28,631 bases of DNA from a bacterium (GCA_041946805.1 JBHGBC010000071.1:1-28631); one strand, 5' to 3'; positions 17,601 to 25,256 are shown, counted from the stretch's first letter. Notes: generated from the letters alone by a model not told the origin. Translations and numbers: made by a program.

Positions 17601-20228
17601 ATCCGCTATTCCCGTGGCGGCGGGGACTTTTATGAAATACCACCGCGCGTTAGACCGTCCGTCCGCGGCCATGATCTGGTAATAATCGGCCGGGCCTTGG
17701 ATATCGTCCGCGGTGTTGAACTTCCCATCCGGCCCCGCGCTGGAGACGCCGACCCGGTTGTCCCTAAAGTCCACGCGGAAAGGTACGCCCCAGGGATCCA
17801 CCGTCTTCACGGCGTCCGGCGGCAGGTTCAGCGAGAGCAACAGCTCCTCCGCATCCTGTTCCGGCGTGTTCATGGGCAGCGAAGTCTGCCTCAGGTAATT
17901 CTGCAGGTTGTATACCTCCTGCCTGGCTTGTTCGATCTTCGTGCTTCCCGTGAAGATGTTGAGGGCGTAGGCGGAACTGACGTCCAGTTTGGAGAGCAGC
18001 GCTTTCGAGAGATTCGCGTTCTTCTCATACTCCACCGCCGACAGCCGCACCACCTTGTCCAGCGCGTAGCCGTGGATTTCCACCTTGGGCTGCAGCAGTT
18101 CCTTCTCGATGGCGAAGAACACCTTGGCGAGGCCCGGCTCCTTCTCGCTCAGGCTGTACACGCTTTCGTCCACGATGTGCAGGCCCATCGCCGCCCGCAC
18201 CGGCTCGCCCGATCCGCTCCGCACCGCCACCCGCAGCCGCGCCGGCTGGCCCGGTTCGTATTGCTCCTGGTCGGAAGTGATCTCGATCCGCAAGTCGTCA
18301 CTTCGCAAAACCACCACCTGCCGCGTGTCCCGCACCAGGTTGCCGTCCGGCCGGATGACATACGCGCTCAACGCCAACGTTCCCGAGAGCGCATTGTCCA
18401 AGGGAACGGCCAGCGCGGCGCGGCCGTCTGCCAACGGCAGGGTTTTGGTGAGTACCGTTTGCCCATTTTTGATGATGTCCAGAAATGCGGTCTCCTTTTG
18501 GAAAGCGGGCGAGAACACCGTGAGGTTCATCGCCTGCCCCACCGTATAGACGCCCTTGTCCACCCGCAGCAACAGGCTTTCCACTGCGTTCTCCGTCTCC
18601 AGGTCCTTGACCAGCACCGCCCGCCGGCCCTCCTCTTCCGCCGTGATGCTTAACACCGGCATATCGGGCCGCGGGACGGCCACGTTTTGCGTCATCGGGA
18701 CGCCGGGAGTGGATTCCACGGCTTGGGGAATCAACGTCACGGAGGCGATGCCGTTCGCGTCGCACTGCAATTCCACGGATTTGGGCAGGAACCGCGAATC
18801 CACCCGCAGCTTCGGCTTGGCCACGCTGCCGTCGGGATGCGACGCCACCAGATAGATCTCGTTCTCCACCCCGGGGACCAACTTGCCGCTTTCGGGAATC
18901 GCGTCCACCTGGATGGGATCCACCGCCACGGGGAACGTATGGATCTTCTGCTCCTCGTGATCGGCGCTGTCCCGCACCCGCACATCGAGCTGCACGATCG
19001 TATCACCCTTGAACAGCGGCTGGCCCACGAGTTTATCGGGGATGACGAACGAAAACTCGCCGCGCCCCTCTTCACCGGTCTCGATATTCACCGTTTCGAA
19101 TTCGTTGAACCCCACATCGAAGCAGTTGGCGGTGATCTTCACCTTCGCCCCCGCCACCGGCTTGCCGAAAAAGTAGCGCGCTTCCACGTTCCCCTTCACG
19201 GATTCGCCCGGCGCATAGAAGGTCCGCTCCGTGTGCACCGCCACCCGGAACTTGGGCAGCACATATTCATACACCTGAGCGGTCTTCTCGGTCACTTCTT
19301 TATCCAAAATTGCCTTGAAGCGGTACTCGCCCTGGTTGACCTCCTCCGCCAGCTGAAAATCCGCCGCCACGATGCCGAACTCGGACGTGGTTTTAATCTC
19401 TTTGAAAACTTTGTTGCCCTTGCCGTCGAAGACTTCCAGCGTCACCGCTTTCTCCGCCAGGGGGACGCCCGTAGCCTGGTTGACCACCAGCGCCCGGATG
19501 TGAATCAACTGCCCCGGCTGGTACACCGGCTTGTCCGTGGTGAGAAAAATCCGGGTTCCGGGAACGATCTGCACCTCCGAGGTTACTTCGTCCTTGCCGT
19601 AGGCCGATTCAATCGTCACCGTCAGCGTCTGGCTGCCTTCCAAGGTTCCCGGCACTGCGAACCGCACATCCGCGTTGCCCCGCTCGTCCGAAACCGCTTC
19701 CGCCAGCGTGACCGCCTCGCCGCCCTGGGCGGGAACACACCGCGCGGTGACGGCCGCCCCCGCCACCGGTTCGTTTCCCGGAGCGCGGGTCACCACCACC
19801 CGCAAGACCGCCTGACTCCCGCTGAGCCATTGCGGCTGGCCGATCACATGCACGTCCTGCGTTTGACGAGACGCCCCCAGACGCTTCAGCCAGGTATGGC
19901 CCATCAGGTCGATCCGCACCCGGCACGTGTCCATTTCCGGAGTCCCGGCCGCGACCGGCATGGCCACCTGCTCGGATTGTCCGCCGGGAAACAGCACCAG
20001 TTTCTTTTCGACCTTGGCTAAAGACCGGGAACTCTCGTCCAGCAAGGTCACCACCAGGTCCCCCATCGCTTGCGTATCCAACGCGTTTTGCAAGGGAAGC
20101 GTGATGAGGAGCGCGTCCGCCTTCCGCTCCGTTTGGATTTGGTCCTTGTCCAGCGTGATTTCGCCCTGGCTCGCCCCTGGCAGCAAGACGGCGAACCACA
20201 GCATCCATATCGGTATCGTTTTCATCAT
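14700..20228 (-). CDS. Secreted alpha-2-macroglobulin / thioester-containing protein (TEP)
   Basis: 1842 aa with a signal peptide, MG domains (TDKPVYQPGQ, EYVLPKF, VDESVYSL), an A2M domain (RYFPETL, DSITTW, PFFVDLDLP), the thioester MPNGCFEQ (GCFEQ at 16119-16133) and a C-terminal receptor-binding-like domain (MIDVGIPPGF, YEYYNPE). Confidence 0.95.
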   Translation of the reverse strand: MMKTIPIWMLWFAVLLPGASQGEITLDKDQIQTERKADALLITLPLQNALDTQAMGDLVVTLLDESSRSLAKVEKKLVLFPGGQSEQVAMPVAAGTPEMDTCRVRIDLMGHTWLKRLGASRQTQDVHVIGQPQWLSGSQAVLRVVVTRAPGNEPVAGAAVTARCVPAQGGEAVTLAEAVSDERGNADVRFAVPGTLEGSQTLTVTIESAYGKDEVTSEVQIVPGTRIFLTTDKPVYQPGQLIHIRALVVNQATGVPLAEKAVTLEVFDGKGNKVFKEIKTTSEFGIVAADFQLAEEVNQGEYRFKAILDKEVTEKTAQVYEYVLPKFRVAVHTERTFYAPGESVKGNVEARYFFGKPVAGAKVKITANCFDVGFNEFETVNIETGEEGRGEFSFVIPDKLVGQPLFKGDTIVQLDVRVRDSADHEEQKIHTFPVAVDPIQVDAIPESGKLVPGVENEIYLVASHPDGSVAKPKLRVDSRFLPKSVELQCDANGIASVTLIPQAVESTPGVPMTQNVAVPRPDMPVLSITAEEEGRRAVLVKDLETENAVESLLLRVDKGVYTVGQAMNLTVFSPAFQKETAFLDIIKNGQTVLTKTLPLADGRAALAVPLDNALSGTLALSAYVIRPDGNLVRDTRQVVVLRSDDLRIEITSDQEQYEPGQPARLRVAVRSGSGEPVRAAMGLHIVDESVYSLSEKEPGLAKVFFAIEKELLQPKVEIHGYALDKVVRLSAVEYEKNANLSKALLSKLDVSSAYALNIFTGSTKIEQARQEVYNLQNYLRQTSLPMNTPEQDAEELLLSLNLPPDAVKTVDPWGVPFRVDFRDNRVGVSSAGPDGKFNTADDIQGPADYYQIMAADGRSNARWYFIKVPAATGIADAAQPQEPALQGDKGGRAGPGGDQAQYLYAVPNVPVDRYGRRGFNLRRMGGPMERGRAVGDKGSALLDGIQQPEIIVGAPIILDMAKGAERLARVEVEAEMAGGYGMMAAPEEAPAGAMPMDLKESLSLAFPNVEKNNQPELAGADFRKLAGQDESGIFVGEKVHEAVPAQQLGNLDLSNELQVPDPASVLDPDKAVALGEEETLPLAVNGEVDGTQLRESLLKQDEESRELKHAIREEIVKVTELEQQMATTPASPAEIIRNEAVKDKSVRVRRYFPETLFYTPELITDEQGLAMLNLPVADSITTWRMSAMANAKNGAVGDSTAALKVFKPFFVDLDLPVALIQDDEVTIPVAVYNYLPAEQTVQVELERAPWFDLLEGGFERRVSVAANEVTSVSYRVRATRLGKNPLTVYAWGTEDRDATGRDIEVRPNGEARYITFNGRLDNGVKHTVMFPEGRVPGADKLFVKIYPGIFSQVVEGLDSILQMPNGCFEQTSSTTYPNVLALNYMKQTQNITPEIEMKAREYINLGYQRLLTFEIPGGGFQVFGNPPATRVLTAYGLMEFADMNEVYPVDENLIPRTARWLIDQRRPDGTWDPDENYAHAEMWQSIQDNPLLTTAYVALALSRTEAPSELGPTTQYLLEHAGDATDAYTLGILCNALQALVPDSDITRECVQRLVNLGEIQGNEMHWAAEASMSYARGDHASVEATAWAAMALIQDGRFNTETGKALNWLIQQKDPQGTWGTTHGTVLALKAMVLSLKQATREVNATVLARVNGQDAARLAVTPENADLFRQIDLSPYVKGNEQTIEIDLEGEGSLLYQVVGTYFEPWGEVKTAAAPFDIQVDYDRKELRRNDTVTCRIHAKNQRPERVEMVMIDVGIPPGFRVERPTLDEYVDQKTIARYTLTARQLLIYLESMEGGAALDLEVPMKATLPMTAKAPEAVIYEYYNPEQKQAAPPSELEVK

Positions 20229-20314
20229 GACAACCTCGAATCGCTTTTTAGATCATCCACTGACCGCTTCACACTGATCGCATCGCGCGGGATCCACAGA
20301 ATATTGATTCTTCC

Positions 20315-20438
20315 GCCCTTTCAGGGCTTCCCTCACCCTGACCCTCTCCCAGAGGGAGAGGGAAATGAAAAGGAGGGATTGTTGTTGGACTCATCCCAGG
20401 GCGTTGCCCTGGGCTAGTTTCTTCCGCGCCTTCGGCGC
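20315..20438 (+). repeat. Composite palindromic repeat cluster containing copy 2 of the CCCTCACCC element (20330-20362)
   Basis: Four hairpins: GCCCTTTCAGGGC, CCCTCTCCCAGAGGGAGAGGG, CCCAGGGCGTTGCCCTGGG and GCGCCTTCGGCGC. Confidence 0.8.
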
Positions 20439-20523
20439 TCAAGGATTGTTCATCCATCGCAGTCTAAAAGGTTCATCATACGGATTAAGGAATATCTACT
20501 TTTTCCATCTCCCCGAAGATGAT

Positions 20524-22191
20524 TCATTCGCTCAAGCTGATCGCGCCGCCCTTGCCCGGATCGGCCTTCAACTCCGGACGCAGATGCCCATCCAGGCCGG
20601 TGGGAATCGCGCTGAATTTCCAGGCCGCCTCCGGACGTAAGTGATAGAGTTTGATCAGGATTTCGTTCCAGCCCGCCCTAAGTGGCAACATCACGGCGTA
20701 TTGGTCTTTCTGAAAATCCTGGTTCGTGATTTGGCCCCACACGGGATCGTTGTTGCACCAGATCCGGATGCCATCGCCGAATCCGACCTGCAAAAAGATC
20801 TCCTCGTCCGTGGCGCTGTGGATGTAGGTCCGCGCAAAGGCGCTCGCCGGGGCGGAGGGATTCTTGAATTCCTGCCGCAGGTCGATTTCCAGCCCGCGTT
20901 CCCGCCGCAGTTCGTACCGCGGTTGGGTCCGGGGAGTCCGCCGCGGCTTGAGCCACGAGGTGAAACGGGATTTTCCATCCTCCTCTGGCAGCGTCTCCGC
21001 CGGCAACGGCCCCATCAGCCACCAGGATTCGATGTAATACGTGTCCCGCAGGGTGTTCTCCACTTGCGCCAGCTTCCGCGAGGCTTTCTGCCGCTCGGGA
21101 TGCTGTTCCGGAAACTGCGCCATCACCCGCCGGCACCAGGCCATGGCCCGGTCCGGATGATCTCGCCGCATGATCTCGCCGAACTCCATCGCCAGCCGCG
21201 CGAACTCCAGGCTGGCCGGATACCGCGCCGCGTACGCCTCCAATTCGTTCTCGGCTTGCTCCACGGTCTCCGGACGGTTCAACCACAACTTGACCAGCGA
21301 CTCCCGCGCCTGCCGGCAATAGGTCTCCTCCTCCGGAAAACGGCTGATCATCCGCTGGTAAGTCCCCACCGCTGTCTCTATGTCGCCCAGCGCCCGGTGC
21401 GCGTCGGCGATGAGGATCAGCGCCAGCGCGATCCAATAATTCTCGCCGGGATACTGTTTCTCCACGTCCTCGAGCATCAGGATGGCGCTTTTCAGCAGCG
21501 TCTTCTGGTCTTCGCCGATTTTGGTAAAGGCGGTGTTATAGAGTTTCAACCCGGTGCGGAACAACTCCCCGGCTTTTTGATACTCGTCCGCTTCCTCCGG
21601 TTTCGATGCCAACTTCGCCCTGGGCTCCCCCTGGAAGGCACGGACCGGCCGTCCCGCCGCCAGCGTTTCGGATTCGGGGGTAGAAGCCGGGCTGTCTCCC
21701 CGCATCGCCGCCGCTACACCCAGCGTGGGCGCCTCGGCCGGGGCGGAAGGAGCATCATGAGTTTGGTCCATCGCCACGGATGGGGCGGCGGGAGGAACTA
21801 CAAGTCCCGCTGCCGCTGGCTCGGGAACCGTCTCGTTCCGGACGGTATGCCGAAGTGTAACGGCATGCTGCAAGGTATAGGGATACACCCCGGCGAGCAG
21901 CAGCAGGAACGAGGCCGCCGCCGCGAACTTCATCCAGGTCCGTATCCGCGGCGGCCGTATCGGCAGTTCCTCGGCGAACGGTTCCGCGGTCACCTTCCGC
22001 TCCAGCCAGACGGGCACGGCCGGATCATTCATTTTCCTCAGGATGGCATGCGCGCGTTGCACTTCGCCCCACTCCGCCGCGCAGGCGGGGCAGTCCGCCA
22101 GGTGCTTCTCCAGCCGGGCGGTTTCCTCCGGATCCGGTGGTTCATACAGCCGTTCCATCATCAACGCGCGCGCGGTTTGGCATCGCATCAT
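20524..22191 (-). CDS. Zinc-finger (zf-HC2/ZAS) transmembrane anti-sigma factor with extracytoplasmic TPR repeats and a C-terminal beta-domain
   Basis: C-x(n)-HLADCPAC (HxxxCxxC), one TM helix (FAAAASFLLLLAGVY), a Pro/Ala linker, TPR-like repeats ending YP/FP, and a 'WWLMGPL...YIHS...DGIRIWCN...LRAGWNEILIKL' beta-sandwich. It overlaps the sigma stop (ATGA). Confidence 0.88.
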   Translation of the reverse strand: MMRCQTARALMMERLYEPPDPEETARLEKHLADCPACAAEWGEVQRAHAILRKMNDPAVPVWLERKVTAEPFAEELPIRPPRIRTWMKFAAAASFLLLLAGVYPYTLQHAVTLRHTVRNETVPEPAAAGLVVPPAAPSVAMDQTHDAPSAPAEAPTLGVAAAMRGDSPASTPESETLAAGRPVRAFQGEPRAKLASKPEEADEYQKAGELFRTGLKLYNTAFTKIGEDQKTLLKSAILMLEDVEKQYPGENYWIALALILIADAHRALGDIETAVGTYQRMISRFPEEETYCRQARESLVKLWLNRPETVEQAENELEAYAARYPASLEFARLAMEFGEIMRRDHPDRAMAWCRRVMAQFPEQHPERQKASRKLAQVENTLRDTYYIESWWLMGPLPAETLPEEDGKSRFTSWLKPRRTPRTQPRYELRRERGLEIDLRQEFKNPSAPASAFARTYIHSATDEEIFLQVGFGDGIRIWCNNDPVWGQITNQDFQKDQYAVMLPLRAGWNEILIKLYHLRPEAAWKFSAIPTGLDGHLRPELKADPGKGGAISLSE

Positions 22192-22817
22192 GCTTCGATC
22201 CCCCGTTCTTCCAGCCCGCGCCGCAGCGCCAGCAGCGCATAGTGCATCCGGCTCTTCACCGTGTTGGCGGAGCAGCCCAGCACCCGGCCGATTTCTTCAA
22301 AGGTCAACGATGTTTTCTCCCGCAGCAGCAAGACCTCCCGCTGCGCTTCGGGCAACGATTGAATCACTTCTTCGATCGCCTCCTGCACTTCGCTCCGGTA
22401 ACTTTCCTCCCGGGGCGAGCAATCCGGGCTGGGATAATCGTGAATGCCCGGCGCGTCCGGATCGTCCTCCCGCGCGGGATACAGTTGGATGATTTCCGCG
22501 CTCTTTTTTTTCCGCATGGCGTCGATGCAGGCCGACCGGGTGAGGGTGAACAGCCAGGTCGTGAACTTGGCCTTGGGTTGGTAGCGTCCCCGGTTCCGGA
22601 CCAGGCGGTAGAAGACGATTTGGAACACATCGTCCACCGGGTCGGAAGCCGGCAGGAACAAACGGATAAACGCGTACACCGATTGCTTGTGCCGGTGGAA
22701 TAGCTCTTCGAAGGCCTCCGCCTCGCCCCGGGCGTAACGCAGCATCACCTCTTCATCCGAACAGGCCGGCAGGTCCTTGATCTCTTCCGTGGGTTGTTCC
22801 ATGACCGTGCTTTGCAT
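22188..22817 (-). CDS. ECF RNA polymerase sigma factor
   Basis: 'SDEEVMLRYARGEAEAFEELF', region 2 'DDVFQIVF...FTTWLFTLTRSACID' and region 4 'LPEAQREVLLLRE...FEEIG..LG...NTVKSRMHYA'. The start is ATG 22817 or 22802; the ORF track uses TTG 22847. Confidence 0.95.
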   Translation of the reverse strand: MQSTVMEQPTEEIKDLPACSDEEVMLRYARGEAEAFEELFHRHKQSVYAFIRLFLPASDPVDDVFQIVFYRLVRNRGRYQPKAKFTTWLFTLTRSACIDAMRKKKSAEIIQLYPAREDDPDAPGIHDYPSPDCSPREESYRSEVQEAIEEVIQSLPEAQREVLLLREKTSLTFEEIGRVLGCSANTVKSRMHYALLALRRGLEERGIEA

Positions 22818-22829
22818 GTTGTGGAATGG

Positions 22830-22855
22830 AACGCCGGGAAACGCCAATGGTTTTA
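22830..22855 (-). promoter_or_regulatory. Putative autoregulatory ECF promoter TAAAAC-N16-CGTT
   Basis: Matches the AAAC-N16-CGT pattern of SigW/SigM/SigX-type ECF promoters and lies directly upstream of the sigma ATG. Confidence 0.5.
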
Positions 22856-22976
22856 AAGATTCTTGGAATATTCAATGATGAATAAGGGCTGGAAGGGCGC
22901 TACTCCCGGACGATGATTCCCCCCATGGTATCAGAGGATGCCATCCGGGTGAAAGCGTGGAGGCCAGATCCTTGTG

Positions 22977-22995
22977 GTGCAGGCATCTTGCCTGC
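22977..22995 (+). repeat. REP-like palindrome GCAGGCATCTTGCCTGC
   Basis: Stem GCAGGCA/TGCCTGC in an intergenic region. Confidence 0.45.
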
Positions 22996-23145
22996 GGTCA
23001 ATCCCCTCAGGGATGGTAAGTTACCCGTTTCGCACCAACCTATCCGATGGCGAACGGAAAGGGCAAACCGCCCTGCAAGTGTTGCATTATCCAAAATTTA
23101 TGATCGGTTACCCATAAATCAGGCTGGAGAGAACTAGTCCGGTTT

Positions 23146-23178
23146 CCCTCTCCCTCTGGGAGAGGGCCGGGGTGAGGG
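23146..23178 (-). repeat. CCCTCACCC element, copy 3 (inverted)
   Basis: The reverse complement reads CCCTCACCCCGGCCCTCTCCCAGAGGGAGAGGG. Confidence 0.85.
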
Positions 23179-23348
23179 TAAGCCTCCTGGCAATCGGTCC
23201 ACTCGGCCGATTGCGCGGAGCCGTACGCGGATCGGAAAAATGAGCCCGCTTCACGAGACAACTTGAAATCAACTCAGAAGTACTAATAAATACTAAAATT
23301 TTTAAAAAAATATTTCTCCACCGGCCGTAACCAAGCCGGTGAACAGGA

Positions 23349-24608
23349 TTATTTCCGGCCGTTGAATTCCTGGACCGCCGACACCATGGCCGCGATGTTC
23401 TCCACGGGCGTGTTGGCCTGGATGTTGTGCACGGTGTTGAAGATGAAGCCGCCGTTCCTGGAGAAAATCTCGCAGCGGCGCAGGACTTCCTCGCGGATTT
23501 CGCCCGGCGTGCCGAAGGGCAGGGTTTTCTGCGTGTCCACGCCTCCGCCCCAGAACACGATCCGGTCACCGTAAGCATCCTTCAGATGGCGGGGATCCAT
23601 GCCCGCCGCCGAGCACTGCACCGGATTGAGGATATCAAAGCCGGACTCGATGAATCCCTCGATGAAGGTTTCCACCGCGCCGCAGGAATGCTTGAAGGTT
23701 TTCCAGCCCGTATGGGCGTGGATCCAATCGTTGACCTGCTTGTAGTAGGGCATATACAGTTCGCGGTACGTTTGGGGGGAGCAGAAGGTGGATTTCTGCG
23801 TGCCGAAATCGGTCCCGCAAATGAATACCGCGTCGACCACGTCTCCCACCACGGCATGAATCTTCTTTAAATTTTGCAGGGCGAACTCGCATTGCTTTTC
23901 GAAGATCTGGTGAATGTAATCCCGGCGCGTGGCGGTCGACATGTACCACTCGGCGATGTCGCGGATGCCCTTGGGATGTTTCAAAAAGGGCGCGGGGACC
24001 AGGGCGATGTCCCCGAACGCGGTCCCCCCGAACGTGGCGGTCACCGCCCGGCGGCTGCCGGCCAGGCGGCGGGCTTCGGTGGCGAAATGGGCCAGGTCGG
24101 CATCGGAAACCGGACCGAATTCCTCCAGGTTGTCCACCGGATCGAGGCGCTCGTCGTCGAGGAGTTCCTGCCGCACGATGGTGTCGAAAAAGAAGCCGTC
24201 GTTGGGCATCTTGCCGCTGGGCGGCGCGGAGGTATCGCCTTGCGGATAGATGAAAATATTCCCCTCCGCGTCGCGCGTCGTTTGAAAATGCCGCGAGACC
24301 AGCACTTCGAGGCCGTTGGGCAGCCGCCAGGGCTGCCAATCCTCGTTGGGGAAGCCGAACATGGTCTTGGGGGGGAACAGACCGTCTACGTCCACGCCCA
24401 GGGCTTCCTGGAGGTCTTCGTCGAGCCACCCCAGCATTTGGTAGGGTTCATGGATTTTGACCAACCGCTTTTCCAATCCGTAATATTCACGCAGGGCGGC
24501 GACGGCGTTGACGTGGATGCCCGTAACGGCGGTCGCCCCGAATTCGACGGGGACGCGGCCGGCCGGTTGATGGTTTAACGCGCTGCGCACAAGCTCTCGG
24601 CTGGACAT
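23349..24608 (-). CDS. Uroporphyrinogen decarboxylase (URO-D)/MtaA-CmuA-like family protein
   Basis: 'MSSRELVRSALNHQPAGRVP', 'TDFGTQ', 'FKHSCG', 'GFDILNPVQ', 'FWGGGVDTQKTLPFGTP' and 'GGFIFNTVHNIQANTPVENI'. Confidence 0.9.
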   Translation of the reverse strand: MSSRELVRSALNHQPAGRVPVEFGATAVTGIHVNAVAALREYYGLEKRLVKIHEPYQMLGWLDEDLQEALGVDVDGLFPPKTMFGFPNEDWQPWRLPNGLEVLVSRHFQTTRDAEGNIFIYPQGDTSAPPSGKMPNDGFFFDTIVRQELLDDERLDPVDNLEEFGPVSDADLAHFATEARRLAGSRRAVTATFGGTAFGDIALVPAPFLKHPKGIRDIAEWYMSTATRRDYIHQIFEKQCEFALQNLKKIHAVVGDVVDAVFICGTDFGTQKSTFCSPQTYRELYMPYYKQVNDWIHAHTGWKTFKHSCGAVETFIEGFIESGFDILNPVQCSAAGMDPRHLKDAYGDRIVFWGGGVDTQKTLPFGTPGEIREEVLRRCEIFSRNGGFIFNTVHNIQANTPVENIAAMVSAVQEFNGRK

Positions 24609-24846
24609 GAGGTCTTCTCCGCATGGACGGTATGATTGCCCCGGTATTTTGTTGGAAGAAAAGTATCACAGGCCGGTATGAAATAACAGCCGGATGGAAG
24701 CCCTGTGGGCAGGGATGTTTTTCATGGTTTTTGAGAAACACTATCCAACCGGCATGATATTTCCGGCTCATCCGGCCGGGCCATACTTTTTTTCTGTTGC
24801 CCGGCCGGCGTCCCCTCGAAATATTCCATGAAAACCACTCCAAAAT

Positions 24847-24907
24847 CCCCTCTCCCTCTGGATCCGGGTGAGGGATTTTTGGAGGGGCGGACCTTGGTGT
24901 CCGCCCG
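24847..24907. repeat. Truncated CCCTCACCC element (24847-24874) next to a REP-like hairpin GGGCGGAC-CTTGGT-GTCCGCCC
   Basis: CCCCTCTCCCTCTGG..CCGGGTGAGGG looks like copy 3 with an internal deletion. A perfect 8-bp stem follows it. Confidence 0.6.
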
Positions 24908-25256
24908 TATCAGGAAATGGATGGAATGCCTTTTCCTCATTGTGTATAGACGTACCGGAAGAGCCACCAATTCCCTAGGACAATCTCTTTTCATCATGAT
25001 CCGCGCTTGCCATTTAACTGGGGGATTTCATGTGACCGTTCCCGAATTTTAGTGTCGTTTTTTGATCGCCGGCCGCTCGGCATGAGCCTAGCCCAAGGCG
25101 CAAGGCCTGGGAACATCTTCTTCCGGGCAGGAAGCAGACATGAATTCACGTTATTTTCTCCACCCATACGGATGAGGGTGGATTGGTCTCCCCCCGCTTT
25201 GTTTGCTAGACTGGCCGGGTCTTGATCGTAACCATACGGAAAGGAGAGTACGAACC

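Noticed and set aside
20470..20510. ECF promoter upstream of the TEP (GAAAAAG-N16-CGTA on the minus strand)
   Set aside because: The -35 lacks the AAC core, so the match is too weak to call.
15357..22242. Long plus-strand ORFs opposite the TEP and anti-sigma (531, 318, 444 and 533 aa)
   Set aside because: Antisense shadows of well-supported genes.
22900..23340. Small ORFs between the sigma and UroD genes
   Set aside because: They are translations of palindromic repeats (e.g. PHPGPLPEGEG), not credible proteins.
23349..24608. Gene symbol hemE
   Set aside because: It lacks the HemE N-terminal MRQAGR motif, so only the superfamily is supported.
12846..24907. CRISPR array or IS element
   Set aside because: The repeats are kilobases apart with no regular spacers, and there are no cas or transposase genes.
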